Source: the human T2T-CHM13v2.0 reference genome, Homo sapiens
NCBI RefSeq assembly: GCF_009914755.1
Contig: NC_060925.1
Length of the DNA stretch: 64,000 nucleotides
Strand: one strand, 5' to 3'
A model generated the notes under the pieces. The model did not search any database and was not told where the DNA came from. It worked only from the letters and a program-made list of their open reading frames with translations. The translations under genes and the position numbers were made by a program. Shown piece after piece: positions 52,901 through 64,000 of this stretch (position 1 is its first letter; each line of letters starts with the position of its first letter).

Positions 52901-55900
52901 ATTTGCAAGTGGAGATTTCAAGCGCTTTGGGGCCAAAGGCAGAAAAGGAAATATCTTCGTATAAAAACTAGACAGAATCATTCTCAGAAACTGCTGCGTG
53001 ATGTGTGCGTTCAACTCTCAGAGTTTAACTTTTCTTTTCATTCAGCGGTTTGGAAACACTCTGTTTGTAAAGTCTGCACGTGGATATTTTGACCACTTAG
53101 AGGCCTTCGTTGGAAACGGGTTTTTTTCATGTAAGGCTAGACAGAAGAATTCCCAGTAACTTCCTTGTGTTGTGTGCATTCAACTCACAGAGTTGAACGT
53201 TCCCTTAGACAGAGCAGATTTGAAACACTCTATTTGTGCAATTTGCAAGTGTAGTTTTCAAGCTCTTTATGGTCAACGGCAGAAAAGGAAATATCTTCGT
53301 TTCAAAACTAGACAGAATCATTCCCACAAACTGCGTTGTGATGTGTTCGTTCAACTCACAGAGTTTAACCTTTCTGTTCATAGAGCAGTTAGGAAACACT
53401 CTGTTTGTAAAGTCTGTAAGTGGATATTCTGACATCTTGTGGCCTTCGTTGGAAACGGGATTTCTTCATATTCTGCTAGACAGAAGAATTCTCAGTAACT
53501 TCCTTGTGTTGTGTGTATTCAACTCACAGAGTTGAACGATCCTTTACACAGAGCAGACTTGAAACACTCTTTTTGTGGAATTTGCAAGTGGAGATTTCAG
53601 CCGCTTTGAGGTCAATGGTAGAAAAGGAAACTATCTTCATATAAAGACTAGACAGAATGATTCTCAGAAAATCTTTTGTGATGTGTGCGTTCAACTCACA
53701 GAGTTTAACTTTTCTTCTCATAGAGCAGTTAGGAAACACTCTGTTTGTAAAGTCTGCAAGTGGATATTCAGACCTCTTTGAGGCCTTCGTTGGAAACGGG
53801 ATTTCTTCATATTCTGCTAGACAGAAGAATTCTCAGTAACTTCCTTGTGTTGTGTGTATTCAACTCACAGAGTTGAAGGATCCTTTACAGAGAGCAGGCT
53901 TGAAACACTCTTTTTGTCGAATTTGCAAGTGGAGATTTCAGCCGCTTTGAGGTCAATGGTAGAATAGGAAATATCTTCTTATAGAAACTAGACAGAATGA
54001 TTCTCATAAACTCCTTTGTGATGTGTGCGTTCAACTCACAGAGTTTAACCTTTCTTTTCATAGAGCAGTTAGGAAACACTCTGTTTGTAAAGTCTGCAAG
54101 TGGATATTCAGACCTCCTTGAGGCCTTCGTTGGAAACGGGATTTCTTCATATTCTGCTAGACAGAAGAATTCTCAGTAACTTCCTTGTGTTGTGTTTATT
54201 CAACTCACAGAGTTGAATGATCCTTTACACAGAGCAGACTTGAAACACTCTTTCTGTGGAATTTGCAAGTGGAGATTTCAGCCGCTTTGAGGTCAATGGT
54301 AGAAAAGTAAATATCTTCGTATAAAGACTAGACAGAATGATTCTCAGAAACTCCTTTGTGATGTGTGCGTTCAACTCACAGAGTTTAACCTTTCTGTTCA
54401 TAGAGCAGTTAGGAAACACTCTGTTTGTAAAGTCTGCAAGTGGATATTCAGACCTCCTTGAGGCCTTCTTTGGAAACGGGATTTCTTCATATTCTGCTAG
54501 ACAGAAGAATTCTCAGTAACTTCCTTGTGTTGTGTGTATTCAACTCACAGAGTTGAACGATCCTTTACACAGAGCAGACTTGAAACACTCTTTTTGTGGA
54601 ATTTGCAAGAGGAGATTTCAGCCGCTTTGAGGTCAATAGTAGAAAAGGAAACATCTTCGTAGAAAAACTAGACAGAATGATTCTCAGAAACTCCTTTGTG
54701 ATGTGTGTGTTCAACTCACAGAGTTTAACCTTTCTTTTCATAGAGCAGTTAGTAAACACTCTGTTTATAAAGTCTGCAAGTGGATATTCAGACCCCTTTG
54801 AGGCCTTCGTTGGAAACGGGATTTCTTCATATTATGCTAGACAGAAGAATTCTCAGTAACTTCCTTGTGTTGTGTGTATTCAACTGACAGAGTTGAACTT
54901 TCATTTGGAGAGAGCAGATTTGAAACACTGTTTTTGTGGAATTTGCAAGTGGAGATTTCAAGCGCTTTGGGGCCAAAGGCAGAAAAGGAAATATCTTCGT
55001 ATAAACACTAGACAGAATCATTCTCAGAAACTGCTGCGTGATGTGTGCGTTCAACTCTCAGAGTTTAACCTTTCTTTTCATTCAGCGGTTTGGAAACACT
55101 CTGTTTGTAAAGTCTGCACGTGGATATTTTGACCACTTAGAGGCCTTCGTTGGAAACGGGTTTTTTTCATGTAAGGCTAGACAGAAGAATTCCCAGTAAC
55201 TTCCTTGTGTTGTGTGCATTCAACTCACAGAGTTGAACGTTCCCTTAGACAGAGCAGATTTGAAACACTCTATTTGTGCAATTTGCAAGTGTAGTTTTCA
55301 AGCTCTTTAAGGTCAACGGCAGAAAAGGAAATATCTTCGTTTCAAAACTAGACAGAATCATTCCCACAAACTGCGTTGTGATGTGTTCGTTCAACTCACA
55401 GAGTTTAACCTTTCTGTTCATAGAGCAGTTAGGAAACACTCTGTTTGTAAAGTCTGTAAGTGGATATTCTGACATCTTGTGGCCTTCGTGGGAAACGGGA
55501 TTTCTTCATATTCTGCTAGACAGAAGAATTCTCAGTAACTTCCTTGTGTTGTGTGTATTCATCTCACAGAGTTGAACGATCCTTTACACAGAGCAGACTT
55601 GAAACACTCTTTTTGTGGAATTTGCAAGTGGAGATTTCAGCCGCTTTGAGGTCAATGGTAGAAAAGGAAACTATCTTCATATAAAGACTAGACAGAATGA
55701 TTCTCAGAAAATCTTTTGTGATGTGTGCGTTCAACTCACAGAGTTTAACTTTTCTTCTCATAGAGCAGTTAGGAAACACTCTGTTTGTAAAGTCTGCAAG
55801 TGGATATTCTGACATCTTTGAGGCCTTCGTTGGAAACGGGATTTCTTCATATTCTGCTAGACAGAAGAATTCTCAGTAACTTCCTTGTGTTGTGTGTATT

Positions 55901-58900
55901 CAACTCACAGAGTTGAAGGATCCTTTACAGAGAGCAGGCTTGAAACACTCTTTTTGTCGAATTTGCAAGTGGAGATTTCAGCCGCTTTGAGGTCAATGGT
56001 TGAATAGGAAATATCTTCTTATAGAAACTAGACAGAATGATTCTCATAAACTCCTTTGTGATGTGTGCGTTCAACTCACAGAGTTTAACCTTTCTTTTCA
56101 TAGAGCAGTTAGGAAACACTCTGTTTGTAAAGTCTGCAAGTGGATATTCAGACCTCTTTGAGGCCTTCGTTGGAAACGGGATTTCTTCATATTCTGCTAG
56201 ACAGAAGAATTCTCAGTAACTTCCTTGTGTTGTGTTTATTCAACTCACAGAGTTGAATGATCCTTTACACAGAGCAGACTTGAAACACTCTTTTTGTGGA
56301 ATTTGCAAGTGGAGATTTCAGCCGCTTTGAGGTCAATGGTAGAAAAGTAAATATCTTCGTATAAAGACTAGACAGAATGATTCTCAGAAACTCCTTTGTG
56401 ATGTGTGCGTTCAACTCACAGAGTTTAACTTTTCTTTTCATAGAGCAGTTAGGAAACACTCTGTTTGTAAAGTCTGCAAGTGGATATTCAGACCTCTTTG
56501 AGGCCTTCGTTGGAAACGGGATTTCTTCATATTATGCTAGACAGAAGAATTCTCAGTAACTTCCTTGTGTTGTGTGTATTCAACTCACAGAGTTGAACGA
56601 TCCTTTACACAGAGCAGACTTGAAACATTCTTTTTGTGGAATTTGCAAGTGGAGATTTCAGCCGCTTTGAGGTCAATGGTAGAATAGGAAATATCTTCCT
56701 ATAGAAACTAGACAGAACGATTCTCAGAAACTCCTTTGTGATGTGTGCGTTCAACTCACAGAGTTTAACCTTTCTGTTCATAGAGCAGTTAGGAAACACT
56801 CTGTTTGTAAAGTCTGCAAGTGGATATTCAGACCTCTTTGAGGCCTTCGTTGGAAACGGGATTTCTTCCTATTCTGCTAGACAGAAGAATTCTCAGTAAC
56901 TTCCTTGTGTTGTGTGTATTCAACTCACAGAGTTGAACGATCCTTTACACAGAGCAGACTTGAAACACTCTTTTTGTGGAATTTGCAAGTGGAGATTTCA
57001 GCCGCTTTGAGGTCAATAGTAGAAAAGGAAATATCTTCGTAGAAAAACTAGACAGAATGATTCTCAGAAACTCCTTTGTGATGTGTGTGTTCAACTCACA
57101 GAGTTTAACCTTTCTTTTCATAGAGCAGTTAGTAAACACTCTGTTTATAAAGTCTGCAAGTGGATATTCAGACCCCTTTGAGGCCTTCGTTGGAAACGGG
57201 ATTTCTTCATATTATGCTAGACAGAAGAATTCTCAGTAACTTCCTTGTGTTGTGTGTATTCAACTGACAGAGTTGAACTTTCATTTAGAGAGAGCAGATT
57301 TGAAACACTGTTTTTGTGGAATTTGCAAGTGGAGATTTCAAGCGCTTTGGGGCCAAAGGCAGAAAAGGAAATATCTTCGTATAAAAACTAGACAGAATCA
57401 TTCTCAGAAACTGCTGCGTGATGTGTGCGTTCAACTCTCAGAGTTTAACTTTTCTTTTCATTCAGCGGTTTGGAAACACTCTGTTTGTAAAGTCTGCACT
57501 TGGATATTTTGACCACTTAGAGGCCTTCGTTGGAAACGGGTTTTTTTCATGTAAGGCTAGACAGAAGAATTCCCAGTAACTTCCTTGTGTTGTGTGCATT
57601 CAACTCACAGAGTTGAACGTTCCCTTAGACAGAGCAGATTTGAAACACTCTATTTCTGCAATTTGCAAGTTTAGTTTTCAAGCTCTTTAAGGTCAACGGC
57701 AGAAAAGGAAATATCTTCGTTTCAAAACTAGACAGAATCATTCCCACAAACTGCGTTGTGATGTGTTCGTTCAACTCACAGAGTTTAACCTTTCTGTTCA
57801 TAGAGCAGTTAGGAAACACTCTGTTTGTAAAGTCTGTAAGTGGATATTCTGACATCTTGTGGCCTTCGTTGGAAACGGGATTTCTTCATATTCTGCTAGA
57901 CAGAAGAATTCTCAGTAACTTCCTTGTGTTGTGTGTATTCAACTCACAGAGTTGAACGATCCTTTACACAGAGCAGACTTGAAACACTCTTTTTGTGGAA
58001 TTTGCAAGTGGAGATTTCAGCCGCTTTGATGTCAATGGTAGAAAAGGAAATATCTTCGTATAAAGACTAGACAGAATGATTCTCAGAAACTCTTTTGTGA
58101 TGTGTGCGTTCAACTCACAGAGTTTAACCTTTCTGTTCATAGAGCAGTTAGGAAACACTCTGTTTGTAAAGTCTGCAAGTGGATATTCAGACCTCCTTGA
58201 GGCCTTCGTTGGAAACGGGATTTCTTCATATTCTGCTAGACAGAAGAATTCTCAGTAACTTCCTTGTGTTGTGTGTATTCAACTCACAGAGTTGTACGAT
58301 CCTTTACACAGAGCAGACTTGAAACACTCTTTTTGTGGAATTTGCAAGTGGAGATTTCAGCCGCTTTGAGGTCAATGGTAGAAAAGGAAATATCTTCGTA
58401 TAAAGACTAGACAGAATGATTCTCAGAAACTCCTTTGTGATGTGTGCGTTCAACTCACAGAGTTTAACCTTTCTGTTCATAGAGCAGTTAGGAAACACTC
58501 TGTTTGTAAAGTCTGTAAGTGGATATTCTGACATCTTGTGGCCTTCGTTGGAAACGGGATTTCTTCATATTCTGCTAGACAGAAGAATTCTCAGTAACTT
58601 CCTTGTGTTGTGTGTATTCAACTCACAGAGTTGAACGATCCTTTACACAGAGCAGACTTGAAACACTCTTTTTGTGGAATTTGCAAGTGGAGATTTCAGC
58701 CGCTTTGAGGTCAATGGTAGAAAAGGAAACTATCTTCATATAAAGACTAGACAGAATGATTCTCAGAAAATCTTTTGTGATGTGTGCGTTCAACTCACAG
58801 AGTTTAAGTTTTCTTCTCATAGAGCAGTTAGGAAACACTCTGTTTGTAAAGTCTGCAAGTGGATATTCAGACATCTTTGAGGCCTTCGTTGGAAACGGGA

Positions 58901-59945
58901 TTTCTTCATATTCTGCTAGACAGAAGAATTCTCAGTAACTTCCTTGTGTTGTGTGTATTCAACTCACAGAGTTGAAGGATCCTTTACAGAGAGCAGGCTT
59001 GAAACACTCTTTTTGTCGAATTTGCAAGTGGAGATTTCAGCCGCTTTGAGGTCAATGGTAGAATAGGAAATATCTTCTTATAGAAACTAGACAGAATGAT
59101 TCTCATAAACTCCTTTGTGATGTGTGCGTTCAACTCACAGAGTTTAACCTTTCTTTTCATAGAGCAGTTAGGAAACACTCTGTTTGTAAAGTCTGCAAGT
59201 GGATATTCAGACGTCCTTGAGGCCTTCGTTGGAAACGGGATTTCTTCATATTCTGCTAGACAGAAGAATTCTCAGTAACTTCCTTGTGTTGTGTTTATTC
59301 AACTCACAGAGTTGAATGATCCTTTACACAGAGCAGACTTGAAACACTCTTTTTGTGGAATTTGCAAGTGGAGATTTCAGCCGCTTTGAGGTCAACGGTA
59401 GAAAAGTAAATATCTTCGTATAAAGACTAGACAGAATGATTCTCAGAAACTCCTTTGTGATGTGTGCGTTCAACTCACAGAGTTTAACCTTTCTGTTCAT
59501 AGAGCAGTTAGGAAACACTCTGTTTGTAAAGTCTGCAAGTGGATATTCAGACCTCTTTGAGGCCTTCGTTGGAAACGGGATTTCTTCATATTATGCTAGA
59601 CAGAAGAATTCTCAGTAACTTCCTTGTGTTGTGTGTATTCAACTCACAGAGTTGAACGATCCTTTACACAGAGCAGACTTGAAACATTCTTTTTGTGGAA
59701 TTTGCAAGTGGAGATTTCAGCCGCTTTGAGGTCAATGGTAGAATAGGAAATATCTTCCTATAGAAACTAGACAGAACGATTCTCAGAAACTCCTTTGTGA
59801 TGTGTGCGTTCAACTCACAGAGTTTAACCTTTCTTTTCATAGAGCAGTTAGGAAACACTCTATTTGTAAAGTCTGCAAGTGGATATTCAGACCTCTTTGA
59901 GGCCTTCGTTGGAAACGGGATTTCTTCATATTCTGCTAGACAGAA
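40908..59945 (+). repeat. Two complete tandem copies of the 9,519-bp super-repeat (12+12+14+18 monomers)
   Basis: Starts at 40908, 50427 and 59946 are exactly 9,519 bp apart and the ORF pattern matches. The only differences I noticed are at 45793 and 59213. Confidence 0.93.
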
Positions 59946-60600
59946 GAATTCTCAGTAACTTCCTTGTGTTGTGTGTATTCAACTCACAGAGTTGAACGAT
60001 CCTTTACACAGAGCAGACTTGAAACACTCTTTTTGTGGAATTTGCAAGTGGAGATTTCAGCCGCTTTGAGGTCAATAGTAGAAAAGGAAATATCTTCGTA
60101 GAAAAACTAGACAGAATGATTCTCAGAAACTCCTTTGTGATGTGTGTGTTCAACTCACAGAGTTTAACCTTTCTTTTCATAGAGCAGTTAGTAAACACTC
60201 TGTTTATAAAGTCTGCAAGTGGATATTCAGACCCCTTTGAGGCCTTCGTTGGAAACGGGATTTCTTCATATTATGCTAGACAGAAGAATTCTCAGTAACT
60301 TCCTTGTGTTTTGTGTATTCAACTGACAGAGTTGAACTTTCATTTAGAGAGAGCAGATTTGAAACACTGTTTTTGTGGAATTTGCAATTGGAGATTTCAA
60401 GCGCTTTGGGGCCAAAGGCAGAAAAGGAAATATCTTCGTATAAAAACTAGACAGAATCATTCTCAGAAACTCCTTTGTGATGTGTGCGTTCAACTCTCAG
60501 AGTTTAACTTTTCTTTTCATTCAGCGGTTTGGAAACACTCTGTTTGTAAAGTCTGCACGTGGAAATTTTGACCACTTAGAGGCCTTCGTTGGAAACGGGT
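44872..60600 (+). repeat. Near-identical copy of positions 1 to ~15,700 (offset 44,871 bp)
   Basis: Copy-specific SNPs pair only at this offset: 922/45793 (aagTtcaac), 14342/59213 (gacGtcc) and 15440/60311 (gtgttTtgtg). Confidence 0.9.
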
Positions 60601-63600
60601 TTTTTTCATGTAAGGCTAGACAGAAGAATTCCCAGTAACTTCCTTGTGTTGTGTGCATTCAACTCACAGAGTTGAACGTTCCCTTAGACAGAGCAGATTT
60701 GAAACACTCTATTTGTGCAATTTGCAAGTGTAGTTTTCAAGCTCTTTAAGGTCAATGGCAGAAAAGGAAATATCTTCGTTTCAAAACTAGACAGAATCAT
60801 TCCCACAAACTGCGTTGTGATGTGTTCGTTCAACTCACAGAGTTTAACCTTTCTGTTCATAGAGCAGTTAGGAAACACTCTGTTTGTAAAGTCTGTAAGT
60901 GGATATTCTGACATCTTGTGGCCTTCGTTGGAAACGGGATTTCTTCATATTCTGCTAGACAGAAGAATTCTCAGTAACTTCCTTGTGTTGTGTGTATTCA
61001 ACTCACAGAGTTGAACGATCCTTTACACAGAGCAGACTTGAAACACTCTTTTTGTGGAATTTGCAAGTGGAGATTTCAGCCGCTTTGAGGTCAATGGTAG
61101 AAAAGGAAACTATCTTCATATAAAGACTAGACAGAATGATTCTCAGAAAATCTTTTGTGATGTGTGCGTTCAACTCACAGAGTTTAACTTTTCTTCTCAT
61201 AGAGCAGTTAGGAAACACTCTGTTTGTAAAGTCTGCAAGTGGATATTCAGACATCTTTGAGGCCTTCGTTGGAAAGGGGATTTCTTCATATTCTGCTAGA
61301 CAGAAGAATTCTCAGTAACTTCCTTGTGTTGTGTGTATTCAACTCACAGAGTTGAAGGATCCTTTACAGAGAGCAGGCTTGAAACACTCTTTTTGTCGAA
61401 TTTGCAAGTGGAGATTTCAGCCGCTTTGAGGTCAATGGTAGAATAGGAAATATCTTCTTATAGAAACTAGACAGAATGATTCTCATAAACTCCTTTGTGA
61501 TGTGTGCGTTCAACTCACAGAGTTTAACCTTTCTTTTCATAGAGCAGTTAGGAAACACTCTGTTTGTAAAGTCTGCAAGTGGATATTCAGACCTCCTTGA
61601 GGCCTTCGTTGGAAACGGGATTTCTTCATATTCTGCTAGACAGAAGAATTCTCAGTAACTTCCTTGTGTTGTGTTTATTCAACTCACAGAGTTGAATGAT
61701 CCTTTACACAGAGCAGACTTGAAACACTCTTTTTGTGGAATTTGCAAGTGGAGATTTCAGCCGCTTTGAGGTCAACGGTAGAAAAGTAAATATCTTCGTA
61801 TAAAGACTAGACAGAATGATTCTCAGAAACTCCTTTGTGATGTGTGCGTTCAACTCACAGAGTTTAACCTTACTGTTCATAGAGCAGTTAGGAAACACTC
61901 TGTTTGTAAAGTCTGCAAGTGGATATTCAGACCTCTTTGAGGCCTTCGTTGGAAACGGGATTTCTTCATATTATGCTAGACAGAAGAATTCTCAGTAACT
62001 TCCTTGTGTTGTGTGTATTCAACTCACAGAGTTGAACGATCCTTTACACAGAGCAGACTTGAAACATTCTTTTTGTGGAATTTGCAAGTGGAGATTTCAG
62101 CCGCTTTGAGGTCAATGGTAGAATAGGAAATATCTTCCTATAGAAACTAGACAGAACGATTCTCAGAAACTCCTTTGTGATGTGTGCGTTCAACTCACAG
62201 AGTTTAACCTTTCTGTTCATACAGCAGTTAGGAAACACTCTATTTGTAAAGTCTGCAAGTGGATATTCAGACCTCTTTGAGGCCTTCGTTGGAAACGGGA
62301 TTTCTTCATATTCTGCTAGACAGAAGAATTCTCAGTAACTTCCTTGTGTTGTGTGTATTCAACTCACAGAGTTGAACGATCCTTTACACAGAGCAGACTT
62401 GAAACACTCTTTTTGTGGAATTTGCAAGTGGAGATTTCAGCCGCTTTGAGGTCAATAGTAGAAAAGGAAATATCTTCGTAGAAAAACTAGACAGAATGAT
62501 TCTCAGAAACTCCTTTGTGATGTGTGTGTTCAACTCACAGAGTTTAACCTTTCTTTTCATAGAGCAGTTAGTAAACACTCTGTTTATAAAGTCTGCAAGT
62601 GGATATTCAGACCCCTTTGAGGCCGTCGTTGGAAACGGGATTTCTTCATATTATGCTAGACAGAAGAATTCTCAGTAACTTCCTTGTGTTGTGTGTATTC
62701 AACTGACAGAGTTGAACTTTCATTTAGAGAGAGCAGATTTGAAACACTGTTTTTGTGGAATTTGCAATTGGAGATTTCAAGCGCTTTGGGGCCAAAGGCA
62801 GAAAAGGAAATATCTTCGTATAAAAACTAGACAGAATCATTCTCAGAAACTCCTTTGTGATGTGTGCGTTCAACTCTCAGAGTTTAACTTTTCTTTTCAT
62901 TCAGCGGTTTGGAAACACTCTGTTTGTAAAGTCTGCACGTGGATATTTTGACCACTTAGAGGCCTTCGTTGGAAACGGGTTTTTTTCATGTAAGGCTAGA
63001 CAGAAGAATTCCCAGTAACTTCCTTGTGTTGTGTGCATTCAACTCACAGAGTTGAACGTTCCCTTAGACAGAGCAGATTTGAAACACTCTATTTGTGCAA
63101 TTTGCAAGTGTAGATTTCAAGCGCTTTAAAGTCAATGGCAGAAAAGGAAATATCTTCGTTTCAAAACTAGACAGAATCATTCCCACAAACTGCGTTGTGA
63201 TGTGTTCGTTCAACTCACAGAGTTTAACCTTTCTGTTCATAGAGCAGTTAGGAAACACTCTGTTTGTAAAGTCTGCAAGTGGATATTCAGACCTCTTTGA
63301 GGCCTTCGTTGGAAACGGGATTTCTTCATATTCTGCTAGACAGAAGAATTCTCAGTAACTTCCTTGTGTTGTGTGTATTCAACTCACAGAGTTGAACGAT
63401 CCTTTACACAGAGCAGACTTGAAACACTCTTTTTGTGGAATTTGCAAGTGGAGATTTCAGCCGCTTTGAGGTCAATAGTAGAAAAGGAAATATCGTCGTA
63501 GAAAAACTAGACAGAATGATTCTCAGAAACTCCTTTGTGATGTGTGTGTTCAACTCACAGAGTTTAACCTTTCTTTTCATAGAGCAGCTAGTAAACACTC

Positions 63601-64000
63601 TGTTTATGAAATCTGCAAGTGGATATTCAGACCCCTTTGAGGCCTTCGTTGGAAACGGGATTTCTTCATATTCTGCTAGACAGAAGAATTCTCAGTAACT
63701 TCCTTGTGTTGTGTGTATTCAACTGACAGAGTTGAACTTTCATTTGGAGAGAGCAGATTTGAAACACTGTTTTTGTGGAATTTGCAAGTGGAGATTTCAA
63801 GCGCTTTGGGGCCAAAGGCAGAAAAGGAAATATCTTCGTATAAAAACTAGACAGAATCATTCTCAGAAACTGCTGCGTGATGTGTGCGTTCAACTCTCAG
63901 AGTTTAACTTTTCTTTTCATTCAGCGGTTTGGAAACACTCTGTTTGTAAAGTCTGCACGTGGAAATTTTGACCACTTAGAGGCCTTCGTTGGAAACGGGT
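60600..64000 (+). repeat. More diverged paralog of ~20,150-23,549 (offset 40,451 bp): C-D-E-F-G, A-B-C*, A-B
   Basis: Same dimer order and shared rare SNPs atcGtcgtag, gagcagCtag and gtttatGaa, but with several differences (61276, 61872, 62222, 62625, 63130, 63611). Confidence 0.85.

Larger units (their letters stand above)
1..64000 (+). repeat. Centromeric alpha-satellite array, suprachromosomal family 1 (J1/J2 dimeric); probably the live HOR shared by human chr1/5/19 (D1Z7/D5Z2/D19Z3, S1C1/5/19H1L)
   Basis: Head-to-tail ~340-bp units start at GAATTC (117, 457, 797, 1136, 1477, 1817, 2157, 2497...). Each unit holds two diverged ~170-bp monomers, with CTTCGTTGGAAACGGGA in alternate monomers. 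The sequence matches the classic human 340-bp EcoRI alphoid dimer as I recall it. Alpha-satellite identity is near certain; the 1/5/19 family call is from recall (about 0.8). Confidence 0.98.

Noticed and set aside
175-63971. Hundreds of 60-99 aa ORFs on both strands (MFPNCSMKRK..., MILRNSFVMC..., MCIQLTELNF...)
   Set aside because: They recur with the 340-bp period, overlap in several frames and strands, often rely on non-ATG starts, are frameshifted freely by indels and resemble no protein family I recognise. I used them only as SNP markers.
1-64000. CRISPR-like or other prokaryotic repeat-spacer system
   Set aside because: The sequence between the conserved motifs is itself repeated, so there are no unique spacers, and no cas or other genes are present.
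1-64000. L1/Alu insertion or strand inversion within the array
   Set aside because: The ~340-bp lattice is continuous from end to end in one orientation. I saw no poly-A tail, target-site duplication or foreign sequence.
1-64000. Synthetic GRCh38-style Markov-model centromere sequence
   Set aside because: Rare SNPs stay phased over 5.8-, 9.5- and 44.9-kb offsets, which a short-order monomer Markov model would not produce. This fits a long-read assembly.
1-64000. Assignment to one chromosome (1, 5 or 19) or one individual
   Set aside because: The HOR family is shared among these chromosomes, and assignment needs chromosome-specific k-mer or alignment searches that I cannot run.

Overview
The whole 64-kb window is one uninterrupted, single-orientation array of primate (human-type) centromeric alpha satellite. 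No genes, RNA genes, transposon insertions or CRISPR arrays are supportable, and every ORF in the track is a by-product of the repeat. The basic unit is the ~340-bp EcoRI dimer (171+169 bp) of suprachromosomal family 1, with a CENP-B box in every second monomer (189 box positions by my count, 11 with a broken core). It closely resembles the D1Z7/D5Z2/D19Z3 (S1C1/5/19H1L) live array as I recall it, but I cannot tell which chromosome. I read eight dimer variants (my labels A-H) that form variable higher-order repeats of 3-9 dimers around a constant A-B-C core. These are nested in a hierarchy of duplications with periods of 1,361, 2,719, 5,778, 9,519 and 44,871 bp, plus an older 40,451-bp register. 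I found no new protein-coding or RNA system. The interest lies in the array architecture: super-HORs, datable layered duplications, hybrid dimers, micro-conversion tracts and patterned CENP-B box loss. All comparisons were made by eye using the ORF track and SNP markers, so difference counts are minimum values.
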